A stretch of DNA of 64,000 nucleotides from Alphaproteobacteria bacterium (GTDB lineage: Bacteria > Pseudomonadota > Alphaproteobacteria > GCA-2731375): assembly GCA_965232515.1 (NCBI GenBank), contig CBDDPY010000002.1, positions 4,672,001 through 4,736,000 on the forward strand, given 5' to 3'. The translations under genes were made by a program, and so were the position numbers. Below the pieces are notes generated by a model that ran no database searches, was not told where the DNA came from, and worked only from the letters and a program-made list of their open reading frames with translations. Positions 8,954 through 18,309 of this stretch are shown one piece after another. Positions within the stretch are counted from its first letter, which is position 1, and every line of letters starts with the position of its first letter.

Positions 8954-9304
8954 TTACCAGGAACCGCCGCCGCCACCGCCACCGCCGCCACCGCCGCCGC
9001 CACCACCGCCGCCACCGCCGCCACCGCCGCCACCACCGCCACCGCCGTCACCGTCGCCGCCGCCGCCGATCAGGCCGCTGGAGGATCCGGTTGACGCCGA
9101 CGGGTTGTACGGCTGGGTGACGTTGTTGCCGGTGGGGATGGAGATCTGCATCGCGAGCAGCGTTGCCGGCGCGGCTGTCGTCGGCGAGGAATCGTTCGCT
9201 GGCGTGGGCGAAACACTGGCGTGGCTGGCGAACGAGATTGACGCCACGATGGCGGTGACCGCGCTGATCGCGGCGAGCTTCGTAGTTTTCACTTTAGCGA
9301 TCAT
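8954..9304 (-). CDS. Small exported protein with a 28-residue poly-glycine C-terminal tail
   Basis: Signal-like MIAKVKTTKLAAISAVTAIVASISFASHA. Codons 9046-8963 are all GGC/GGT and the protein ends G28-S-W. Alternative start at 9322. Confidence 0.65.
   Translation of the reverse strand: MIAKVKTTKLAAISAVTAIVASISFASHASVSPTPANDSSPTTAAPATLLAMQISIPTGNNVTQPYNPSASTGSSSGLIGGGGDGDGGGGGGGGGGGGGGGGGGGGGGGGGGGGSW
8963..9068. repeat. (GCC/ACC)n trinucleotide repeat encoding poly-Gly
   Basis: Directly visible ccgccgccaccgcc... tract. Confidence 0.9.
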
Positions 9305-9699
9305 CAGTTTGCGTCCTTTCATCGGGGCTTGTTGCTAGCCGAAAATTGTCACATACGGCCTGGGACGACTGTGAAACGCCTCTCAGACGAGATGACGAGT
9401 CCGGTCGATCGGTCCATGCCGGAGAATTCGTTCCCCTCTTCATCCAACATATTGACGTCGGGCGAAAATCATGAAGTGTCGGATGACACAAACAGGTGCC
9501 CTAAATTGTCAAAATGTGGCCTTTGGCAGTCTATTACGGCCCGGCCGGAATGGAAACGGTCCTCGCCAACACCTCTGGCGTGAAAAAATCCAATGTAAAA
9601 TCCCGCCAACACTTTGTCTTTGCTTGTGTAGGATTGGCTTGGCTCTGCCCGAGGGCAGGTTCGCCGAACTGATTTTTTGCGATGGGAAGCGAAGCGATC

Positions 9700-11139
9700 A
9701 TGAGTGGCAGAGCAGATGGCCTTGTGCTTGTTGCGAAACGCGATTGTCCGACCTGCACGCTGATTCAGCCGATCTACAGCCAGCTTGCCGTCAGTGGCCT
9801 CGGCCTGACCGTCGTGAGCCAGGACGATCCGACGTTTCCAGGCAATATTGACGGCGTCATTGACGACCGGGAACTGTCGGAATCCTGGCATCTGAACATT
9901 GAAACGGTGCCGACCCTGCTGCGGTTCCGTGGCGGCGAGGAGGTCGGACGCGCGATCGGCTGGCATCGGGCGGAATGGGAGGCGCTGACGGGCCTGTCGA
10001 ATCTCGGTCCGGAACTGCCGGACTCCCGACCGGGATGCGGTTCGCGAAGCGTCGAGCCCGGCATGGCGGAAGAGTTGGCCGTGCGGTTCGGCGATGTGCC
10101 GATGAAGGCGCGGCGGATCGACGTCGTGATGCCGGAAGATCCGCACGAGGTCTGCCATGAGCGCGGTTGGAGCGACGGGCTGCCGGTCGTGCCCCCCACG
10201 CCGGCCCGGGTGCTCCGCATGCTGAACGGAACCAAGCGGCAGCCGGACGAGGTGATCGGGAACGTGCCGCCGAACCTGGCGCCGTGCACCGTCGAAAAGG
10301 TCGCCATCAACGCGGTCATGGCGGGTTGCAAGCCGGAGTATCTGCCGGTGGTGCTGGCGGTGGTCGAGGCGGCGCTGGAACCGGCTTTCTGCATGCACGG
10401 TCTGTTGTGCACGACCTATTTTTCCGGACCGCTGGTGATCGTGAACGGTCCGGTCGCCCGACGTATCGGCATGAATTCGGGCGTGAACGCGCTGGGGCAA
10501 GGCAACCGGGCCAACGCCACGATCGGACGTGCGCTGCAGCTTGTCATTCGCAACGTCGGTGGCGGCGTGCCGGGCGGCATCGACCGAGCCACGCTGGGCA
10601 CGCCCGGCAAATACACGTTCTGCTTCGCCGAGGACGAGTCGGACGCCGAATGGCAAAGCCTTGCGGTCGAGCGTGGTTTCCCGGCCGGCGCGTCAGCCGT
10701 GACGTTGTTCGCAGGCGATGGCGTTCTCGGCAACTTCGACCAACTGTCCCGAACGCCCGACTCGCTGACCCGCTCGCTCGCCATGTCGATGCAGGCGATC
10801 GGTCATCCGAAAAAGGTACAGGCGCACGATGCGCTGCTGGTGCTGTCGCCGGAACACTACCGGGTCTATGGCGAAGCCGGTTGGTCGAAGGAACGGATCA
10901 AGGATGAGCTGGCATCCGCCCTGACCCGGCCGGGACATGAACTGGTTCGCGGCGCGCACGGCGTGGCGGAAGGCATGCCGGAGGCGTTGGCCGATCGGAC
11001 GCTGACCAAGTTCCGGCCGGGCGGCCTGAACATCGTGCGCGCCGGTGGCGAGGCCGGTCTGATGTCAGCTATCATCGGCGGATGGGCCGCCACCGGCGAG
11101 CGCGGCAGCGAACTTGTCAGCAAGGAGGTGGGCAATTGA
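9700..11139 (+). CDS. Thioredoxin-like (CPTC) domain fused to the conserved partner domain of UGSC-family selenoproteins
   Basis: N-terminal KRDCPTC..ETVPTL. Then GWSDGLPVVPPTP, TVEKVAINAVMAGCKPEY, GNRANATIGRAL and D-x-ATLG-x-PGKY motifs. Confidence 0.8.
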   Translation: MSGRADGLVLVAKRDCPTCTLIQPIYSQLAVSGLGLTVVSQDDPTFPGNIDGVIDDRELSESWHLNIETVPTLLRFRGGEEVGRAIGWHRAEWEALTGLSNLGPELPDSRPGCGSRSVEPGMAEELAVRFGDVPMKARRIDVVMPEDPHEVCHERGWSDGLPVVPPTPARVLRMLNGTKRQPDEVIGNVPPNLAPCTVEKVAINAVMAGCKPEYLPVVLAVVEAALEPAFCMHGLLCTTYFSGPLVIVNGPVARRIGMNSGVNALGQGNRANATIGRALQLVIRNVGGGVPGGIDRATLGTPGKYTFCFAEDESDAEWQSLAVERGFPAGASAVTLFAGDGVLGNFDQLSRTPDSLTRSLAMSMQAIGHPKKVQAHDALLVLSPEHYRVYGEAGWSKERIKDELASALTRPGHELVRGAHGVAEGMPEALADRTLTKFRPGGLNIVRAGGEAGLMSAIIGGWAATGERGSELVSKEVGN

Positions 11140-11666
11140 ACGAACGATTGACCATGTTGGATCCGACGGCGGAGCAAAGCCCGGTCAAGCGCCAGCGCCT
11201 GGCGCCGCCGGCGAGCTTATCGGGCCTGACGGTGGGCTTGCTCGATATCGGCAAGGCGCGCGGCGACGTCTTTATCGATCAACTCGATACGCGGCTGAGC
11301 GAGCACGGCCTGACGGTCCGGCGCTACGCCAAGCCGACGAACACGAAAGTAGCGCCGGTCGAACTGGCCCAAGCAATCGCCGCCGAATGCGATGTTGTCG
11401 TGGAGGCGCTGTCCGACTGAGGTTCATGTACCTCGTGCAGTTTGCATGACATCATGGATCTCGATGGACGCGGTATCCCTGGCGGCATGGTCGCGACAAC
11501 CGCCTTCGAGCAGGCGGCGCGAGCGCAAAGCGACGCACTGGGCTTCGAACCAGCGGTGGTCTATGTGCCGCACCCCATCCAGGATCGCAACGACGCCGAG
11601 ATCCGCGTGATCGCCGATGATGCGGTCGACGCCGTCTTGGAGATGATTTGCCGCTCGCCTGACTAG
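11136..11666 (+). CDS. UGSC-motif selenoprotein (176 aa, Sec at codon 95, TGA 11418-11420)
   Basis: AAGGAGG RBS and TTG start overlapping the upstream stop. Reads ..VVEALSD-TGA-GSCTSCSLHD.. and stays open in the same frame to TAG 11664-11666. SECIS-like hairpin follows the TGA. Confidence 0.88.
11421..11450 (+). promoter_or_regulatory. Bacterial SECIS-like element
   Basis: Stem TCGTGCA (11433-11439) / TGCATGA (11443-11449) with apical G at 11440, 20 nt after the TGA. Confidence 0.65.
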
Positions 11667-11780
11667 CCGCTTGTGACTGCATTGCTGGCCGGTTGGCTGC
11701 CGACCGGCCAGCAAGGTCGCCCCCAGGCGGCCAGACACAGCAAAGTCACAAATAGGTTCGTTGTCGCATCGGTGGGAAAA

Positions 11781-11893
11781 CGCCTGAATTGAGGCGGGGA
11801 AATCAGCCATTTCTCCTCTCTGTTGGCTGACGGAAATAGGCCCGCCCCTACCCCCAAGCAAGTCCTCCCAGACGTGCCGGGCGGGCCCTTTTT
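11781..11893 (+). ncRNA. Candidate sRNA with anti-Shine-Dalgarno loops and intrinsic terminator
   Basis: Hairpins CGCCT/AGGCG, TCAGCCA/TGGCTGA (loop contains CTCCTC) and GGCCCGCCC/GGGCGGGCC (loop contains TCCTCCC), then TTTTT. Confidence 0.5.
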
Positions 11894-11928
11894 CCTCGCG
11901 ATCAATGAATGGGTCCGGCCGCTGCGGC

Positions 11929-12375
11929 TTATTCGCCGGGCGCTTTCCAGATGTAGTCGACGCAAACGAAGATCATGTTCACGGACTGATCGTTGGACGA
12001 CAGCGGCATGATCACGTCCTCGGCTTTCAACACGTCGTGCTTTGGTCCGACGTAGGGAATATCGCTGCTGAACGGCCGCTTCTCGTGAACGGTGCGTTCT
12101 AGGTTTTCCCAGATCTTGCTCGGCGATCTCTGATGCGGAATTTCGGACATTAGAAGGCCGGTATATTCAGCCGCCCAATAGTCATAGAAGAACGTGCCGA
12201 CCAGGCGATAGCGGAAGTCCAACGGCTCGTAGCTCACATCGAGCAGGATGATGTGCGGCAGGAAGGTGACCATCTCGACGGGGTCCAGATCCTTGCGTGA
12301 CGGCATGAACCGACCGGCCTTCTTCGACAGGTAATACTCGTAGGCTTGCCGGTTCTTTTCCGAGTTCAGGATCAT
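11929..12375 (-). CDS. Stand-alone PAS-domain protein (PAS_5-like)
   Basis: MPSRKDLDP..LPHIILLDV..FRYRLVGT..MPLS pattern typical of alphaproteobacterial PAS_5 proteins. Confidence 0.85.
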   Translation of the reverse strand: MILNSEKNRQAYEYYLSKKAGRFMPSRKDLDPVEMVTFLPHIILLDVSYEPLDFRYRLVGTFFYDYWAAEYTGLLMSEIPHQRSPSKIWENLERTVHEKRPFSSDIPYVGPKHDVLKAEDVIMPLSSNDQSVNMIFVCVDYIWKAPGE

Positions 12376-12806
12376 GAGGCTGTCGAGAAACGCGAGGAGC
12401 GGCGCAAATTAGGCTTTGCTGACATTTGCTGGCAACTCTAGCGCCATCATCTCCCCTGGTGCAGTGACGGATGCACGTCCAATAGACGCGAGGCATTCGC
12501 GTGTACGACGGTCGCGAATCGGCAGAAGTTGTGGCGTATTCATTTGAGGTATCCACAACGCGACATCAAAAAACCGATGATGTTTCACGGTATGCGAGCC
12601 GGATGTTGGGAGATTGCTGGTCTTGATTGCTGATTCTCTCGTCCGACCCATGCAATTGTCGTTATCGGCTTGCGCACAGACTTTCCTCCACCGAGACATG
12701 AACTCTGTTTGATGGGCTATGCCGTGCGAAGCGTAGTCCTACGGATATCATCATCTTGGATTTTGCATAAAGTTGTCACGTATTTCGGAATTGCGGTGGA
12801 GCAATA

Positions 12807-15800
12807 ATGATCCCGATGACTTGTGGGGGTTGTCGGCCTGCAGCGCGTTGGTTTCGTTTCGCGTATCGCCTCGCATCATGGTTAGCGCTTCCGTTGAACA
12901 GATCCGGTTGTATAGCGGCGGTTGAGCGAACCGAGGCACGGTCTCGGCGTTCCGTCCGAAACCTTCGCCGAGAACGAACGCGTCGCGGAACTGCGCTTGG
13001 CTTGGCCCGTGTCGGGTTGCCGGTACTCGTCGCCGCCACAACCCTTCAAACGAAACAGGTCGGGGCCGACGGCGTCGACCGTTTGGCACTGCCGCAGGGC
13101 GGCAAGGTGTCCGACGGGCAGGCGGACATTCAGTACGACGGCAAGGCCCGATTGAATGTCCGTCAGCACAGCGATCGCGCAGTTATCGATTGGCAGTCGT
13201 TTGATATCGGCGCGGGCGCGCATACCCGGTTCAGCCAGCCGAATGCCGGCTCGATCGCGGTCAACCGTGTCTCCAATGGCGATCCCTCGCGGATCCTGGG
13301 CCGGCTCTCGGCCAACGGCCGGGTGATGATCCTCAATCCGAACGGCGTCGTGTTCGGGCGCGGTGCGCGGATCGACGTCGGCGGCATCGTGGCCAGCACC
13401 GGATCGATCGACCGCTCGGCGTTCATGGCCGGCGCGCCGGTCCTGGGGTTCCGGGATCTGGGCGGCGGCGCCGTGGTCAACGAAGGCGAGATCAGCGTTC
13501 GCGACGGCGGGCTTGCGGCATTCGTCGCGCCGGTGGTTGAAAATTCAGGCGTCATCCGCGCCCGATCGGGCCGCATTGCGCTCGCCGGCGGCCGCGCCGC
13601 GTTTACGCTCGACCTCTATGGCGACCGATTGGTGAATTTTGCCGTCGCCGACCCGACCGGTGGCCAGGTCGACAATCCAGGCCGGCTGATGGCGGAAGGC
13701 GGGATCGTTGAGTTGTCGGCGGCTGAAGCGAGCGATGTTGTCGGCAGCGTGATCAACACCAGCGGCGTGGTGTCGGTGGCATCTGTTCACGTCGATGGCG
13801 GTGCGATCGTTCTCGCCGGCGCCAACGACTCGACCCTGACGGTGGCTGGCGAACTGTCGGCGGGCGGTCGGAATGGCGGCCGCATCGATATCGATGGCGG
13901 TCAGGTGGAGATCGCCGCGGGTGCGGCACTGGACGCGTCAGGTGTCAGCAACGATGGCGGCAGGATCAACGTCTGGTCGACGTCCGCGACGATCGTGGAT
14001 GGTGATTTGTCGGCCCGGGGAACGGGGGCGGGCGCAGGTGGTTTCGTTGAGACGTCCAGTGCCGGTGATCTCAGTGTCGGCGAGACGGTTGCCGTCGATG
14101 TCAGCGCGGAGATTGGCAGATCCGGAACCTGGTTGCTGGATCCGGATAGCCTGATCGTTGCAACGGCAGGCAGTGGCGACCTTGTAGGGCCGGCGACCGG
14201 CAGCCACACGGTCGCGGCAAATGCCGTGGTTGCGGCGCTGGCGACTGGCAACGTGACGCTGGCGGCCAACACGCTGATCCAGATCGATGCGCTGATCGAT
14301 GCCAGCGCACAGGCCAACGACCATACGCTGGCGTTGAACGATCAGAACGCAGACGGCGATTTGACCGTGACGCTCAATGAGCAGATCCGACTTGCCGCCG
14401 GACAGCAGCTCGTCGGCCAGGCGTCGCAGGTAAACGTGTCGACGGCGGCTCTTATCCAGAACGGCGTGGATGTCGCGGCTGCTGGCGCCACACTTGCGTT
14501 GGCGGCCGGCACGTTCTTCGATCCCGACACAATCGTGATCGGCCAAGACTTGACACTGCAGGGCCAGGGCGCGGAGGCAACGACCGTCAGCGGCGGCAAT
14601 GCTTTCGGCGTTTTCCGAGTAACCGGCGGAACGGTTTCGCTAAACGATCTTGCCGTTGTTGACGGCCTGGCGACATCCGGCGGCGGCATCCACGTCTCGG
14701 GACCAGCGGCCCTGGAGCTGAATAACAGCCGAATTGCCGCCAATGCCGCGACGCTTGACGGCGGCGGCATCTTTAATGACGGCGGAACGGTCGATGTCGT
14801 CAACACGACGATCTCGGAGAACACAGCCGGCGACGAGGGCGGCGGCCTATTCAGCGTTCGCGGCGACGTGAGCGTGACAGGCTCGTTGGTCGAAGGTAAC
14901 AGCGCCGCCGACCATGGTGGCGGCCTGCGCATTCAGTCCGGGACGCTCGATGTCATCGACACGGAAGTCTCGGGCAACGAGTCGACTGACGAGGACGGTG
15001 GCGGTATCGCGGGGTTGGGCGCGACAATGACCATCGTATCGAGCACGATTACCGGCAATGTCAGCCTCGATAATGCCGGCGGTATTGAGAACACCGGCGG
15101 CAGTCTGGAGATCGACAACAGTACGATTTCGAACAACACGGCCACGACGGACGACGGCGGCGGTATCAGCACGAATACGCGCCGCACATTCGCCGCGCCT
15201 GTGACGACGATCAGAAACAGCACGATCTCGGGCAATACGGCCGGCGGAAATGGTGGCGGCCTGTTCGCCGAGGGTCGTACTGGCATCGATGTGGACGTCT
15301 CGATATCGAGCAGCACGATTTCCGGTAACGAGGCCGGTGACGAAGGCGGTGGCATCCAGCTTCTTGGCCGACCCGGAACGGCGGGCCAACTTGCCATATC
15401 GAACAGCACGCTAACCGGCAACGTTGCCGTCGACCGCGGCGGCGCGATCGATACCCGTCAATCCGAACTGCAGGTCAACAACAGTATCGTCGCCGGCAAC
15501 ACCGCCGCCGAATTCAACGAGCTCGGACAGACGTCGAGCGTTGCCGTTATCTCCAACACCTTCAATCTGATCGGCGAGAATGGCGACGCCGGCGGATTTC
15601 CGGCCGCTGGAAGCGGAAACACTGTGTTGACCGGTTCGATCGACACCGTTCTTGGCCCCCTGGCCGACAACGGGGGGCAGACGTTTACCCACGCCCTAGC
15701 GTTCGACAGTCCCGCCATCGACACGGCCGATCCAGCGTTCGCCGCGCCACCGGACACCGATCAACGCGGCTTTCAGCGCGTGTTTGGCGGCGGTTTGGAT

Positions 15801-16595
15801 ATCGGGGCGTTCGAGTCGCGCGGCTTTGCGCTTTTGGCGGTCGGCGGCACGCCGCAGAACACGGACGTCGGTACGCCGTTCGCCGATGATCTCGAAGCGC
15901 AGATAACCGATACGGTCGGGGTCCCGCTGCGACTGCCCGGCATAGACGTGACGTTCGATGTGCCCAATACCGGCGCCAGCGTCACGGCCGACAACCTGAC
16001 CGTCGTCACTAACGAGGACGGGCTTGCCGCCCTCGCCGCGACCGCAAACGATACGGCGGGCGCATTCACGGTGAATGCCGGCGCCGGGTCGCTGACGCCG
16101 GTCGCGTTTGCGCTGGAAAACGTCGATCCAAGCGCTGGCGGCGAGCCGCCCGGCGGTGGTGGGGGCGGCGGGCCACCTGGTGGTGATGGCGGTGGCGGCG
16201 GACCGCCAGGCGGTGGCGACGGCGGCGGTGGTCCAGGCGGTGGACCGGGTGCCGGCGGCGCGGCCGCGGCGACGGCGGGCGCCGAGACCCGCGACATTCT
16301 GCCTGTCGAGTTCCAGACCGTGTTCGCGGCGTTGCCGGGCACGCTGTTGGGCGGCCTTTCGGCCGATGTCGTGGCCCAGATCGCGCCGGCCGCCGGGCCC
16401 GAAGGCCAGCCGCCTATTCCGGCGTTCGTGATTTCGGATGACATCGGATCCGCCAGCGCCTATTCGAGCGTTGGTTCGCTCGCCGTCATCGACTTTGAAT
16501 TGTGCGATCCACGGCGGGTGCCGAGCGTGACCTGCACCGTTTCGCTGCAGGTGGACGACCTCTTCGCCCGGTTCGGACAACCGGATGCGCAGTAG
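12807..16595 (+). CDS. Two-partner secretion TpsA exoprotein (filamentous haemagglutinin N-terminal domain, beta-helix, choice-of-anchor Q-like, Ig-like)
   Basis: LPQGG..AVIDWQSFDIG..LNPNGVVFG TPS domain, repeated GN-x-A-xx-GGG[I/L], LGPLADNGGQTFTHAL..DQRG..DIGAFE. Start codon uncertain. Confidence 0.88.
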   Translation: MIPMTCGGCRPAARWFRFAYRLASWLALPLNRSGCIAAVERTEARSRRSVRNLRRERTRRGTALGLARVGLPVLVAATTLQTKQVGADGVDRLALPQGGKVSDGQADIQYDGKARLNVRQHSDRAVIDWQSFDIGAGAHTRFSQPNAGSIAVNRVSNGDPSRILGRLSANGRVMILNPNGVVFGRGARIDVGGIVASTGSIDRSAFMAGAPVLGFRDLGGGAVVNEGEISVRDGGLAAFVAPVVENSGVIRARSGRIALAGGRAAFTLDLYGDRLVNFAVADPTGGQVDNPGRLMAEGGIVELSAAEASDVVGSVINTSGVVSVASVHVDGGAIVLAGANDSTLTVAGELSAGGRNGGRIDIDGGQVEIAAGAALDASGVSNDGGRINVWSTSATIVDGDLSARGTGAGAGGFVETSSAGDLSVGETVAVDVSAEIGRSGTWLLDPDSLIVATAGSGDLVGPATGSHTVAANAVVAALATGNVTLAANTLIQIDALIDASAQANDHTLALNDQNADGDLTVTLNEQIRLAAGQQLVGQASQVNVSTAALIQNGVDVAAAGATLALAAGTFFDPDTIVIGQDLTLQGQGAEATTVSGGNAFGVFRVTGGTVSLNDLAVVDGLATSGGGIHVSGPAALELNNSRIAANAATLDGGGIFNDGGTVDVVNTTISENTAGDEGGGLFSVRGDVSVTGSLVEGNSAADHGGGLRIQSGTLDVIDTEVSGNESTDEDGGGIAGLGATMTIVSSTITGNVSLDNAGGIENTGGSLEIDNSTISNNTATTDDGGGISTNTRRTFAAPVTTIRNSTISGNTAGGNGGGLFAEGRTGIDVDVSISSSTISGNEAGDEGGGIQLLGRPGTAGQLAISNSTLTGNVAVDRGGAIDTRQSELQVNNSIVAGNTAAEFNELGQTSSVAVISNTFNLIGENGDAGGFPAAGSGNTVLTGSIDTVLGPLADNGGQTFTHALAFDSPAIDTADPAFAAPPDTDQRGFQRVFGGGLDIGAFESRGFALLAVGGTPQNTDVGTPFADDLEAQITDTVGVPLRLPGIDVTFDVPNTGASVTADNLTVVTNEDGLAALAATANDTAGAFTVNAGAGSLTPVAFALENVDPSAGGEPPGGGGGGGPPGGDGGGGGPPGGGDGGGGPGGGPGAGGAAAATAGAETRDILPVEFQTVFAALPGTLLGGLSADVVAQIAPAAGPEGQPPIPAFVISDDIGSASAYSSVGSLAVIDFELCDPRRVPSVTCTVSLQVDDLFARFGQPDAQ

Positions 16596-18309
16596 GCGCC
16601 TTATGCGCTGGAACGCCGGTCTGCCGATCGGCTGTGTTTTGTTGATTTTGTTTACCGTTGTGGACGGTGCGTTGGCCCAGGTGTTGCCACCGTCCGCCGA
16701 TCCAAGTCGTGTGCGGCAACGGTTCGAGCCGCCGCCACTGCCGCCGCGTCCGGCGCCGCCCGATGTGCCGCGACTGCCGGAGCGGGGCGTACCGCCAGGC
16801 ACGGAAGACGTGCGTTTCGTTTTGTCCGAGGTCCGGATCGAGGGGGCGACGGTCTATGATGCCGACGAATTTCGGCCGCTCTATGGCGAGCTGATCGGCC
16901 AGGAGATTTCGCTCAACCGCATATTCCGGATTACCCAGTCGATCACGGCGCGGTATCGCAGCGACGGCTATGTGCTGTCGCAAGCGTTACTGCCGGCGCA
17001 GCGGATCGAAGGCGGCGTCGTCCGCATTCAGGTCATCGAAGGTTTCGTCGATGCCTTTCGCATCGAAGGAGAGCCGAGGGGCGGCAGTGACCTCATTGCT
17101 GCCTATGCCGAGAAGATCGTCGCGTCGCGGCCATTGCGAAACAGCGATCTCGAACGGTACCTGCTGTTGATGAACGACCTGTCGGGTCTCCGAGTTCGCA
17201 GCGTGTTGCTGCCGTCGCCCGACACGCCGGGCGCCGCCGACATGACGCTGGTCGTTGAGGAAAAGCGATTCGACGCTGTTGGCACGATCGATAATCGCGG
17301 CACCAAGTTCCTTGGTCGGTCACAATATCTGGCGTCTTTGGCTGCTAACTCGCTGCTGTCCCTGCACGAACGGATGCAACTGCAGTATGTCGGCGCGCCG
17401 ACAACGTCGGAGCGCGAGCTGTCCTATATATCGGGCAGCTATCAGCAACCGATCTTCGATGAGGGGACGACATTGTCCTTGTTTGCCAGCCGATCCGATA
17501 CGGAGCCGGGGAGCGAGCTGGAAGATCTCGAGATCGAAGGCGAATCGACAACGCTAATCCTGTCGGCCTCCCATCCGTTCATTCGCTCGCGGCGGCAAAA
17601 CCTGTCGGTGGCGTTGCAGTTCGACGTGCGAAATTCCGAGACCGACATCTTCGGTACTCAGACCTTTTCCAAGGATCGTCTTCGCGTGTTGCGCGCCCGC
17701 ATGCTCTACGACTTGGTCGATACCTGGGCCGGCGTGAATTTGGTCGATGTCGAGGTGAGTCAGGGCCTGAATGTTTTCGGCGCATCCGATGATGGCGATG
17801 ACAATCTGTCAAGAGTGGGTGGACGAAGCGACTTCTTTAAGGTGGCGGCAACGGCGCAGCGGGTGCAGGACCTTGGGTTCCTGAAGGACGGCCTCGGTCT
17901 GTTGTTGAGTGTGGGCGGCCAGAAGTCGGCGAATGCCTTGCTGTCGGTCGAGGAGTTCGGACTCGGCGGCATCGACTTCGGCCGCGCCTACGATCCATCC
18001 GAGTTGACGGGCGACGACGGTCTGGCCGGCCGGATCGAATTGCGACTCGACTTCGACGAGGTGTTGTCGCAGCCGACCGAGTTGTTCCAGGTCTACACCT
18101 ATTACGATATCGGCAAGGTTTGGAACCGCGGCGACGTCGCGGGTGAGTCGTCGGGCGAATCGCTGGCCTCGGCCGGCGTGGGCGTCCGCTTCGCCATCAC
18201 CGATTGGCTGAGCGGCAGCCTGGAAGCCGGCAAGCCGCTGACTCGACGCGTCGACGCGGAGGGAGACAAGGAATGGCGCGGCTTTTTTACGCTGCGGGCG
18301 GAGTGGTAG
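16585..18309 (+). CDS. ShlB/FhaC/HecB-family TpsB outer-membrane transporter
   Basis: POTRA (YRSDGYVLS..LPAQRIEGGVVRIQVIEG), IDNRG, FGLGG..GRAY loop, C-terminal W. Alternative start at 16603. Confidence 0.92.
   Translation: MRSRRLMRWNAGLPIGCVLLILFTVVDGALAQVLPPSADPSRVRQRFEPPPLPPRPAPPDVPRLPERGVPPGTEDVRFVLSEVRIEGATVYDADEFRPLYGELIGQEISLNRIFRITQSITARYRSDGYVLSQALLPAQRIEGGVVRIQVIEGFVDAFRIEGEPRGGSDLIAAYAEKIVASRPLRNSDLERYLLLMNDLSGLRVRSVLLPSPDTPGAADMTLVVEEKRFDAVGTIDNRGTKFLGRSQYLASLAANSLLSLHERMQLQYVGAPTTSERELSYISGSYQQPIFDEGTTLSLFASRSDTEPGSELEDLEIEGESTTLILSASHPFIRSRRQNLSVALQFDVRNSETDIFGTQTFSKDRLRVLRARMLYDLVDTWAGVNLVDVEVSQGLNVFGASDDGDDNLSRVGGRSDFFKVAATAQRVQDLGFLKDGLGLLLSVGGQKSANALLSVEEFGLGGIDFGRAYDPSELTGDDGLAGRIELRLDFDEVLSQPTELFQVYTYYDIGKVWNRGDVAGESSGESLASAGVGVRFAITDWLSGSLEAGKPLTRRVDAEGDKEWRGFFTLRAEW

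Noticed and set aside
8881-9051. Poly-Ala/Val N-terminal extension of the caspase ORF
   Set aside because: It is an alternative-frame reading of the poly-Gly tract. A proper signal peptide begins at ATG 8880.
8963-9068. Repeat tract as a CRISPR array
   Set aside because: Trinucleotide repeat without spacers, and no cas genes in the window.
11082-11666. Two separate small ORFs or a nonsense pseudogene, as the ORF track suggests
   Set aside because: A single in-frame TGA sits in a UxxC motif with a SECIS-like hairpin, and the second ORF has no RBS. Selenocysteine read-through explains this better.
12807-18309. Contact-dependent inhibition system
   Set aside because: No VENN or toxin C-terminus and no immunity gene. 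tpsB overlaps the tpsA end.
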